From the NCBI GenBank assembly GCA_013239625.1, contig MU054323.1, positions 17,116,029 through 17,180,028 on the forward strand: a stretch of DNA of 64,000 nt, in the 5' to 3' direction. Below are positions 24,149-35,500 of this stretch, piece after piece; position 1 is the first letter of the stretch, and every line of letters starts with the position of its first letter. The translations under genes were made by a program, and so were the position numbers. The notes under the pieces are model-generated. The model did not search any database, was not told where the DNA came from, and saw only the letters and a list, made by a program, of their open reading frames with translations. This DNA is from Lama guanicoe (Eukaryota).

Positions 24149-26997
24149 GACATAATATTAGTTTCAACCATCCATCAATGTGCTTCCTTTTTCCTTTTTA
24201 ATCTCCCCACTCCCCACTCCTGTATTGTTAGTCATCAAGTCTTGCTGACTTTTAGCTCCTAAGTATTTCTCCAATCTGTCTCCTCGGTAGATATTATTGT
24301 GTATATGGCTCCATCTCCATTGTCACTGTCCTAGAGTAGGCTATCTTTTCTTGTTTAGATCAGTGCCTGGCTTATATTATGAGCTTCCTAAACTGGGATC
24401 AGTAAATGAACAAATGAATCTGGACAACGGCTCTCTAGCTGGGGAAAGAAAATCTCTTTAGATCTATCCTCCCATCTGGTTACTAAAGTCATCTTTCTAA
24501 AATGCAAATTTTATTTTGATACTCTCCAGTTTAAATTAAAAAAAAAAACTTTTAGATGGCTCCCTGGCTAGACACCAGCTGCCTCCCAGACCCACCCCCA
24601 CAGCATGCCTTACTCATTACCCCACCCTATTTCAGTACCCTCCTCCCACCCACAGGGACCACCCAGTACCCCTTCCTTGCTGCGTAAGCCCTACTGTCTT
24701 CAAGGCTCATACTTTCTCCTTAGAAATCTTTCCCCCACTTTCTGGAAACAATGGATTCTTTGTTGCTCTGGGGTTTTCATAATAACAAGCTGTTTAGAGC
24801 ATCTGTGTCCCTTATCTTCCTCTCCATTACAGATCCAAAGTAGGGAGCCAAAGGGGAACTTCAGGATTGCTCTCTTTGGCTTGAAGCTAGAAAACCAATC
24901 TATGCTAAACAGAAAAATGAAACCGAGTAGTAGCCAATCTGCACGTGCTATGAACAGCTACTCCTTCTTTTCCCCTACCTCTTGTCAGTCTCTCTCCATT
25001 CTTCTCTCCTTACATTTGTTCTAAACGTGGTGTATTAAAGCAATACTGTGTGATAACTGGAATTCAGCAAACCTGGATGCAGGTCTCACTTCTCCTGCTC
25101 ATCAGTCATGCCCTCAGGTCAGCCATGAAAACCCTCTGGGCCTTCTAACCTAAGCTGTAAAATCTTGTTAGATGACAGTTGTATTAACTGAACTCCGAGG
25201 TCCTGTCAGTTTCTAACTGTGATTCAAAGACCACACAGAACCTCTACCCCAGATATTCTTAACCAGGGTCCATACTTGTATGTCTGGAAAGATGATAAAA
25301 GATCTCCAAGGGATTCATGAGCATTTCACACTGTGCGAGTTGGTCACATCACCTTGGTCCACAGAGGGGTCTTCTGGTCTTTTTTTTTCTCTCTCAAGGT
25401 AATGATAGTTTATGGTTTCCCTGTTATATATTATTCATAAAGATAGTCATCATTTTTGAGACTAGCAATGGTATATTTTCCTCTTTGTAATCTTTAGGGT
25501 GGTTTAAAATTTTTTCTTTTCTTCTTTTTTTTGACTAATTCATCACCATTAAATTCCCCAAAGGGAACTAGAAGGCTAGCTAGAGGAGAAAGATGACACA
25601 CCAAGAAGAGTAACTTCCCCAAGGTCCTACTTAGAGGAGCTACAGCAGCCAAGACTCTAGGTTGGACGGCCAGCTTTTGTTTTTGCTTAATCAGATGAAT
25701 GGAAATGTCTTCCAATACTCACTAGCCCTTGTATAGTCAGGATTCCATGACCATCAGTCCATGGAGTATGGGAGCAAGCAGGCATGCTGGGGCCTCACTG
25801 TAAGTGGAAGCCCAGAGCATGGTGTTCTGGCTGTTACCCTCAGCTGTGCAGTTCTGGAGACAAGCCCTCCAGGTCCGAGTCTGTCCCTCAAGTTTCTTTT
25901 CCCATTTTCCATCACTAGCTGATATCAAGTACCTACTATGTGCCAGGTACACTGCAGCCCTGGGAAGCAATGCTGAGCAAAATAGATATGCCCAGGCTGC
26001 CTGGAGAACACACAGCCATGTTCATAGCACAGGTCCTGCTCTCAGAGAAACCAGGCTACAGTTAAGTAAGTGCTTGAATAATACTAAAAAAGTAAAACTG
26101 GTGATATTGGATCTTATAGACTGTTGTTTACTCTAGAGCTATTTGTTCTATGGTAGGTCCCTCCTAGACAGTGTTCAAGGAAGTTCAATACCGAAACTCC
26201 AAAAAACTCTCTTGATAGCAATTATACCCTCCAGGGGGATGCATTACTGAATTTATCTCTATAAAATTGGTCCCAAGAACAGCTTTTGATGAGGCTCCAG
26301 AATAACTCCCAAAGCTACTCATGTTCCCTGCTAGAAAACATCACTGCTATGAGATTGGCAAACATGAGCCAGCATGGTGGAAATTTGGCAGGAAGAAAGC
26401 TCAGAAATTAGCATTTGGCTAGGCATCATGTAATTCCTATGAAAGTGTCAGACTAACATCAAGTAAATTTGTCAGAAGGAAAGTTACTTGCTAGAACTCT
26501 GACTGCTGCCCTTGGAGAGCTGATGGTTCAACACCATCCCTCCCTCGCCCCAGGTCTGGATGGGGGCTGGCTTTAGTTCATATCTCATGCACAGCAATCC
26601 TTAGAGGGTACCCTATTCTGAAGAGGCTGAGAAGTAACTGTGGGCTTTGCACTGTGGGCCTAAGCCTCAAGCAAAGTTCCCAGAGCAGACTTGCATTCAA
26701 TTCAGCTAACATTTGTGGAATGTCTACTGATTGCTACATGCTGCCTGGGGCACTGGCCATAGAAAAATGATTCAACAGGGAGTAGAGAATCTAATGTAGT
26801 CAGGGCAGTGGTGGAGCTAATGCCCATGGGACTAAGGGAGCATAGAGGCAAGGGCAGGAAGAGGCTTTCTTGAGATCACCGTGAGCTTCAAGAAGCTTCT
26901 TAGTGTCTGTAAGGATCTAGCAAAAAGGAGAGTAAGAGCACCAAAACACAGAATGTAGGGCTGGGCTGTTAAGCCAAAAGCTACAGACAGTTGGGCA

Positions 26998-27158
26998 CAG
27001 TGGAGGCTAGGGTGGGCAAAAGAGGTGCAGCACCTAGGGTGCAAAATTTAAGGCAGGACTCATGTTCAGGGTTATGCAAATGCAGAATCAGATCCTCAAG
27101 GTGAGTGTCTCCTTAAATTTTGCACCCTAGGTCCTCGCTTTACCCTGGTCCCAGCCGT
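26998..27158. mobile_element. MER96-like palindromic MITE
   Basis: Perfect 22 bp inverted repeat at 27032-27053 / 27111-27132. Confidence 0.75.
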
Positions 27159-27179
27159 GTAGCTGAGTGTAGTCATCAT

Positions 27180-28090
27180 GGGCATTCTGTGCCATCCTAA
27201 GCAGCTGGGATTTTACCTTCAAATCGTGGAAGGCTTTGAAGCATTTTAAGCCAGGAGATTGACCTAGCAAGACTGGCATTTTACAAATACCACCAAGCAA
27301 CTGTTGGGGGTGGGGCTTGACTGGAGACAGAGACTGATGATGAATCTATTTTAGTAGTCCAAGCAAGAATAGAGGACCTAAACGAGAGGTCAGATGGAAG
27401 AAATGTGGTCTTATAATATTTAAGAGGTAAAAATCAGGAGGCCTGACCTGAATGTAGTAGATGAGGAAGCAGGAAGGCTTTAGGATGACTCTTAGGTTTC
27501 CAGGGCAGCTCCTGGGCAGGAGAAATGGAGATATTAAGTAGAGCGAATGAAGGAGGTGAAGCTAGCATAGGGGTGAGATGAAGGATGGGTCAGCTGGGAA
27601 AACTATGGATTTGATCTCAGGGATATTTGAGGGTCAGTTGGGGCATCCAGGTGGGGATGTCCAGCAAGCAGTTGGTTGGATGGGTACGATGTTAGGAGAG
27701 AAGTGAGAGCAGGAGTATCAATCAGCATGTGCTTTGTAGTTTAAGCTATGTGCATTTCCCAGGGAGGAACTGTAGATTGAGAAGAGCAGTGATCTGAGGG
27801 CTAAACGTAGGGGAACCAGAGGTAACTATCATTCATATTTAAGGTGCAAGAAGGGCTCACACTAAAGGTGTGGCGGAAGATGGTTAGAGGAAGAAAGAGG
27901 AGAAAAGATGTCCAGAAATCTTAGAGTGACCAACAGCATCAGTATTGCAGAGAGGTCCAGCCGGGGAGACCTGGGAAGGGCGCCTGCGCTGTAATGGCTC
28001 TTGCTGCTGACCTATTTCACAGAGGGTGAGGATAGAGGCCAGACTGTGACAGTTGGAGGAGTAACTGGAAGTGAGGTGAGAGAGTCAGGG
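27180..28090 (-). mobile_element. L2 fragment (degenerate)
   Basis: Purine-rich L2 antisense motifs (GCATTTTAAGCCAGG, GGATGACTCTTAGGTTTC, GGCATCCAGGTGGGGATGTCCAGCAAGCAGTTGG). Confidence 0.6.
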
Positions 28091-29519
28091 AGTGTAGTGG
28101 TCCTCAGGTAAGGCAGCTTTTGAATATGGAACCCTGGGCCCATCCTAGAGATTCCCATTCATTGCTCTAGCATGGGGTAGGGAACCTGAACATGCAAAAG
28201 CTACTTAAGTGAGCTAAGGAAGCCACTGGTGTTGAATCTGCTTTCAAAAAGCTCTGAAAGGAAGAAGAGGACACCTCCGTGAGTGGAGACACAGAGCCAA
28301 GGAAGAGTTTTTTTAGTGGGAGTGGAGCTGACTGAAGACAGGTAAAACGCTTGTCAAAAGGTGCTGAGAATCCAGGTGAGGACTGAGACTGTGAATCTGT
28401 GGTGGCCTCAGTGGATGCTTCTGGGGGTTTTCTCCAGTTTCTCTCAGCAGTAGGGAGGGAGTCAGGAGCAGAGAAGGTGGATTGTAGGATGATCCCTGGA
28501 TCATCTGGAAGGAGGGGCAAGAGGAGAGGTTAGGGTCTAAGGCAGGTCAGTAAGGGTATTACCTACCAAGTGGCTCAGGTCATAGACACTGGGCCCAGTC
28601 AGGTAACAAAGAATGTGAGGGACCTGATGGACACCATGGCAGGAGGCCCAGGAAGCCCAGGGGAACATGGCGGTACTCAGGAGGAGAGCAGGTCTAGTGG
28701 GAATGCCCTGCAAGAAGGCCAGGAGGCTGCAGACAGTGGGGAAACCTTCCACTGGTGGCAAATTCCCAGACATCTTGATAGGAGTCTAGGATGGAAAAAT
28801 TCTCTGTATGAAAATGCCTCAACAGGCCCAACTGTGAAGTATAAAATTGCCTTCTCGCCTGAAAACATCACGTAACGGTGTTTAGCAATTTATGCTTCAG
28901 ATGGCATGTAATATCCAGAAGCAGTGTCCTCCCCCACTGCAAGTCAAAATAAAATCAAAAAGTGCTCAGTGGAAAGAAAAAACAACAACAGTAGAATAAA
29001 TCTGCAAACTCCAAGTATCAGCAAAGGAAAGGGAAAAAACTGCAGCAGAGACAAGCTTTCAGGTTGTGTGATCTATGAAAATTTATAGAAATGTTACCTT
29101 AAAAAAGAAATCCTAAGGTGCTTAACTTGGCAATCACTGGAATGAAGTCAAAATTCCCACCCTGGGTGTTAACTTCTAATTATCATTCTCTTTATGCTGT
29201 TTCCTAAAATAATAACAGGCATTGTAGAGGTGATTAACCAAGATGGCTTAATTAGGTGTCAGATGAGTACCTGTGCCCACGAGCCCCATTACTGCTGGCT
29301 TCCTTGTGCAGATTTGACTGACTGTTCTGAACCTGCCTAAAGAAACAGACATAATTGGAGCATCTGGGGTGGAAGCAAAGCTGGGCTGTAACCATGGAGA
29401 TCAGATTCCAGCACCATGGTGCTCTTCCTATTGCCCCAGCATCCTCCCACCCTTTTCCTTTACTGAGATGAATGCACAGCCCATGTGAGCCTAGGTCTCC
29501 CTTAGATGGTCTCCACATC

Positions 29520-29650
29520 AGTACCTCTCACCTTTAATGTGCACACAGATCATTTGGGAGACTTGTTACTATGCAGATTCTGACTCAGTTGGTGTGAGGT
29601 GGAGCCCTTGAGTCCACAGTTCTAACAAGCCCCAGGTGGTGCCTGTGCCC
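29520..29650. mobile_element. MER5A-like hAT MITE
   Basis: ATGCAGATTCTGACTCAGTTGGT...TTCTAACAAGCCCCAGGTG. Confidence 0.6.
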
Positions 29651-32169
29651 ATGGTCCTGTCTGCTCCCCGCTCCAACATTTCACACTCCTGACTCTGGGT
29701 CTCTCTTATCAAAAGCCATTCCTTATAGGTCATTCTGTAAAGGCTGCTCTTAGTCAGTGACCTCCCCAGGTAAGATAAGCTGAAAAATTGATTTTAAAAA
29801 GAGGAAAGAACCAACCAGATATCACAAGTGTGTCCCTGAAGGGAACAACCTGCTTCACTGTGTTTATTGTGGGGCCATTGGACATCCAGCCCTGGAATGT
29901 TACAGTTGGAAAGAACCTTCTCCAACCACCATCTTCCTATTGAGTATTTGAACATCAGAACCGTGGGCTTCGCCCACCTTGGTACAGGATGCTCACTGCC
30001 CCATCCTGGGTCAGCACATCAGAAAGGCCTTCCTGATACTGAGCTGAAATCTGTCTAGCTAGAACTGACACCCTTGGCTTAGTACTGGGCCTTGGGTTCC
30101 TACAGAGCAGGCTTCTGGCCTTAGAAGACAGCTGTCATGTCACACACACACACCCCCCCCCGCCTCCCAGTCATTTCTTCTTGTGGCAGAACATCCCCAG
30201 CTCATCCTGCGATACCTGAGCTGCAAACAGTAACCGAGCTGTCACCACCTCACTGCAGTCTTTATGTGACTCTTAATGGAACTTACTGCCAACCACATCC
30301 TTAAAGTCATTTTCACACATGCTGTGGCTCAGCTATGTCTCCTCCTTAGTTGGTAATAATTGTAATTAGACTTAATGTTTATGAGAGTTAACATGACATG
30401 GTGGTTAAGAACATAGGCTCTGGAACCAGACTGCCTAGGTGTTGGAGCTCTGTATGAAGAACCGTCTGTGTTAGCGATCCCCGTCACGACCATCGTCACC
30501 ATCAGTGTACTAAGCACATTCCCTGTGTTAACTGTCTTAATCCTCATGACAACTTCATGCGGGAGAGACTGTAGTGTCCCAGTTTTACAAGTGAGGAAAT
30601 AGAATCTTAAAGGATTTTTTGTGCCTCAGGTTAGAGTTACAGTCTACACCTAGGCAGTGTCCTCTGGGGAGTTTTTTCAGACACAAGTGCGAGACCTTAT
30701 CTGTTACCATTATTCATACATTTCATCTTGTCAGCAGTGCTTTACCCCCACTTTGCACTGTCTTTTGTCTTTCTGTTTCTGTCGTCCAAAGTGTATCTGC
30801 CTGCTTGGCTTGAGAATACCTTCTCTGTCTAGATCAGCCACAGATCAGAGGCCTTTGGCAACCGCCTACAGATTCTGCTCACTGAAGCCCAGGTGCTTCA
30901 TCTCCCTGAGTTCCATGAGCCATCAGCCTTGTGACCCAGTCCAAGAAGCCTAGGGGGTGGCCAGAAATGATTTGTATTTGAATGCATCTGTGTTTGGTTC
31001 CTGGCAAGCATGCTTTCTCCTTCGTTTCACATCTCCATTCCAGAATTCTTCCCAGGACAGAACAGCTCCTAAATGCGTAGCATGTGAAATTGATCTTGTA
31101 GGCAGGACCAGATGCAGATACCAAATAAAACTCAGGGTCTGCAGAGCACACATCCCAGAGAGGATAACGACCACATCCTGCGGTTAGTGAGATCGAGAAG
31201 GCCCAGCCTGCATTTCAAGGCTCCCTGCCTCCTACTCCACTAAGTACAAACACAGGCCTTCTATGCTCAGACCAAACGATAGGAAACTGAGCAGTTGCGG
31301 TGGGGCCAACATTTCTGTGTAGGAGGAGCTTGGGGCAGCTTTCCCAGTAGAAGGGAGATTGTGGTGTGCCTTGAAACTTAGACTGTGCATTTATTTGGGG
31401 TGATTTGTGAGAAGCGGGACAACTGATGGAGATCAGAGGGGCTAAATCCCCCACATAAAGCCATTTCTTGGCACTGCCGCTGTGTCAATTGACCAGAAAG
31501 TCTAGACTGATTTCTCCCCTCTCTCCTTTACTGGTTCTGGTCTCTGACCCTGGGCCATCAATGTAATTTGGCTATTTTTGTTCAATTACTGTACTTTTCA
31601 CAGCATCAAGATGTCACCGACCTGTCCCTGCTGCTCTTCTTGGCTCCCTGTGAACCATGACTGTGGGAGCCTTGTGACTCTTGGAGGAGAGTAGGAGGCC
31701 ATGGGTCTCCTGTGAACCTGGGCTCCCTAATCACACCCTTGTCAGTGGAGCCTGCCCAGGCTGCTGTGAAGCAGCGAAGCAAGCATGTGGGAAAATTCAT
31801 CTGCCCCAATGTGTTCCCCTTTTGATATTATCAGACAAACCCAGAACACTATCTCTCTGTGTGGTCGGACAGAAGGGCTGTCCCTCTCACACGAGAGTCG
31901 TTGGTAGCCACTGGCAGACCAAGCCCAGTGGATCCTGGAGGATTTGGGGAAGGGGGTCTTGGTCCTCATGCAGTAACATCTGGCCTTAGCAATGTACCTG
32001 CTCTTGGGCAGTGGGTCCCCCAGGATGACATGGAAACTGATAGTAGGAGGAGGTAATGGAGCCCCAGGCGTAAGTGTGAAGTACGTCTGACCTCAGTGAA
32101 GTGAGGCCTTGGTATGACCTTGAATAGCTGTTTAAAAGGGCTGACTTTGACACATCATCATCAGGAAAA

Positions 32170-32815
32170 CACAGTAGTTAAGGGCATGGACTGACTGCTT
32201 AGGTTTAAATCCTCACCAGCTCTGTGATCTTTACCTCTGCAGGCCTCATGTAAAGTGGAGATAATAACTGGATCTACCTAATTAGTTGTGAAGATTAAAT
32301 GAGGTAATATGTGTAAAGTGCTTAGAACAGTTCCTGGCATTTAGTTAAGAGCTTTGTAAGTATTAACTCTTATTATTACCACCAGCATTACCAACATTGC
32401 CACCATTTACTGAATGTTTAATATGAACCAGACACTGAGCTAAGCACATACATGCATTAGCTCACAGAACTACCGTTTGAAATATTTGAAGAAAATGGAT
32501 GCTTAGAGAAGTCAAGTAACCTGCACAAAGTTAAACAGCTAAGTAATTGGTGGAATCAAGACTTGGAGCTGTTATTGCCCTCACTACTGTGCATAATAAC
32601 AGCTGTTATCACTAAGGACTTCCTGCTTGCTGGGTCAGAGCACTTTACATGCCTTACTCATTGAATTTTCGTAATTCTATGAGGTAGACACTCTTGTTAC
32701 CCTCAGTTTACAGATGAGTAAATCAAGATTTAGAGAAGCTCAATGACCGCAAATTTTCACAGCAAAGAAAGCCAGGATTTAAATCCAGGCCTGCCGGACT
32801 CTAAAATCCATTCTA
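32170..32815. mobile_element. Cluster of MIR fragments in both orientations
   Basis: MIR core TGTGAAGATTAAATGAGGTAATATGTGTAAAGTGCTTAGAACAG and reverse TTTACAGATGAGTAAATCAAG; other MIRs near 4890, 11020, 20870, 30400, 52800, 63915. Confidence 0.75.
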
Positions 32816-33371
32816 ATGTCTATTGAGTTTGACTGCCCAGTGGGTGAGCAGGATGCTCCTGGGACGCTGGTAACAGTAATTGGTGGCGATGAATCCTGGT
32901 GTCCCCTGTGAGAAAAGGGGACAGTTTGCCTAATCAGCCCCATTTTCCAAGCTGCCATTAGGGGCAATCTCCACTTTCTCTCATACTTCATTTTCCTGCA
33001 GTTTCTGAAAGCTGACGATTTGCTCAGATTAACACAAGCTTCTGGGCCCTTTCACATGTTAGTTTGTTGTCCATGTTGCAAGTATATGGAGGAATCGTAA
33101 ACCGTCCAGAAGGTACCCTGACGTATTATGCAAAGCCTTTGCTGCATTGCTAGAGGAGGTACCTGCCAGGAGGCTCCCTGTCTGCATTTCTTGACTAAAC
33201 ACCTCAGGTTATGTGACTGCAACATCCCAAATATGCATTTCAATATCGGGTCATGAGAGGGCAACTTCTTTTGTCACGAGTGGTGGTACAGGCAGAATAT
33301 ACTCACCAGCTTGTTCATCACAGATTTGTAACCAGGCATGCATGGCTGGACTACAGGGGTTCTAGGCACAT

Positions 33372-33390
33372 TGTGTGAGTGTGTGTGAGA

Positions 33391-33429
<39 letters not shown>
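33372..33429. repeat. Compound (TG)n microsatellite
   Basis: Pure (GT)17 at 33395-33428 with an interrupted 5' part. Confidence 0.95.
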
Positions 33430-33434
<5 letters not shown>

Positions 33435-34929
33435 GAACACTATGTGCCAGGTGCTCCTCCTTCATAGCATTCTCTCAATTAAACATCACAGTCACTGTAT
33501 TAGGTAGACACCAATATTAGCTCCATTTTGTAAGTAGGGAAATTTAATCTTATAGAGGCATAGAAACTTATAGAAGGTCAGTTAGTAAGTCTGTCTAAAT
33601 CCTAAGACATCTTACATAGATTTATAAATCGGCATATAGGACAGATATAAAAAATAATTTTCAAACAACATACTCAACATTTTAAAAATTATTTCTTCTT
33701 TAAGGGAGAAAAATTATAAGAGAAAACTTCTTCCTCCCTCCCCTCACCTCCCCCACCAAATTTTTCTGGAAAGTCTATGCCAGCTTTTCTTTTCCTCTCT
33801 TCTCTTTTCCCAGAATGATTTTTGTTGTTATAAACAGGACTTAACCTGTGCTGGGGACTGTCTGCAGGGACTGTGGTTTTCTTCTAGCACTTGTGTTACT
33901 GAGTTGTGCGAAGATGAGGTTGAAAGAGGGCCTGCCAGGAAAGAAGAGGCTAAAAATAAGTAAATATGAAGATTCAGTGATTCTGACAGTGGCTGTCTGT
34001 TCACCTTCTCGGGGAGTCATGCACTAGGGCCACCAGGCAGGAAGAAGAGCTATTTCAGATGCCGGGAATTACATCACCACAGGTGAATTTTCTCATGAGG
34101 AGAGTGTTCATGTCCAGATGTTACACAAAAAACCATTTCACTGTAGTCAGTGTTTGATCAGGAGTTCACAAGGACTAATTTACCTTCCACTGTGTTTCGT
34201 AAGTCTTTTGCCCCAAAAATTAGAGCTAGGAGCTCATAGGTTATGTGTAATAGCAATATGTTTTGCCCACGCCCCAAATATGGGTGATGAGAGTCCATTC
34301 CTGTGAGATTTAATGCCTTGTGACAGAGCTCTGGAATGTTAGAGCATCTTATTTCCAATAATCAGGTCTACATCATCTTCATGCAAGAATGAGGCAGCTG
34401 TAGCTGCCAAAGTGATACTCGTATGACCACTCTTGTCATTCATGGGTGACAGCAGTTCATTCCTGTGCTTGTCCTGTCCAGTGCCTTGTCCAGGGAGCCA
34501 GTCCTAACTTACATTTCAAGATTAGCCTCCTGTCACCACCTCTGGGAAACCCTTCCAGACTCCCCAGGTTGCATTAGGTGCTACTTCTCCCTGCTCCATC
34601 AGAGCTCTTTGAATGCCACCTCTCACTGCCATTTGTCACACTCTCCTGTAAGTTTTTATTTTTTGGTCAGTCTCATCAAAGTCTAGATTCCCTGAGGTCA
34701 GTTTAATGCCTGGTACATAGAAGATACTCAAAAGTAAGTAAACTAACAAATTTCTATTTGTTTTTTCCCCATCCAAAAGTATTTGTGAGGATTCATGGTC
34801 TTATGGTAGAAGCATCTAAAGGCAATTCTGACTAAGTGAAAAAAACGGGGGGTGGGGGGGCGAGGGGAGGTCACATTCACCTCCTGTCAAGACCTGTCAA
34901 GTGCCAAGAGGTGAAAACATTCAAGGCAG

Positions 34930-35500
34930 TATACTAGTTACCTATTGCTATATAATAAATTACTCTGGCCCCTCGTTTATTATCGCTCATTGTTTCTGTG
35001 GTCAGGATTTAGAGTGCATGTAACTTGTCTTGACCTGCATACCAGCATATATTGTCTAGGGCCTTTGTTGGAAGATTAGGGCAAGGGCTGGGATCACCAG
35101 AAGGCTCATTCACTTGCGTGTCTGGCAGCTGCTTCTGGCTATCGGTTGGGGGCTTTCAGCCAGAACATCCCACACATGGCCCTTTGATGTGGCTTGAGCT
35201 TCTTACTACATGGCAGCTGGGTCCAAGAACAAGTGTCCTGAGAGAAAGAAAGAGAGCGAGAGAGAGAGCGAGAACAAGCCAAGCCAAAGCCACTCTGTGC
35301 TTATAACCTGGCCCTTAGAGATCACATAGCATCACAAATGCCACTTACTATTGGTTGAGGCAGTTGCAAAGGCCCATCCAGGTTTAAGGGAGGGAACAAA
35401 GACTCTACCTCTTAGTGAAGGAATATCAACGTCGCATTGTAACTAGAGCCTGTGGGTTGGGATACATCCTAGTATGGCCATTTTCTTTGAAAAATGCAGT
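34930..35500. mobile_element. MLT1 (MaLR) solo LTR
   Basis: Start TAGTTACCTATTGCTATATAATAAATTACTC; CCACACATGGCC, GTCACA/GCATCAC and GGCCCATCCAGGTTTAAGGG motifs. Confidence 0.7.
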
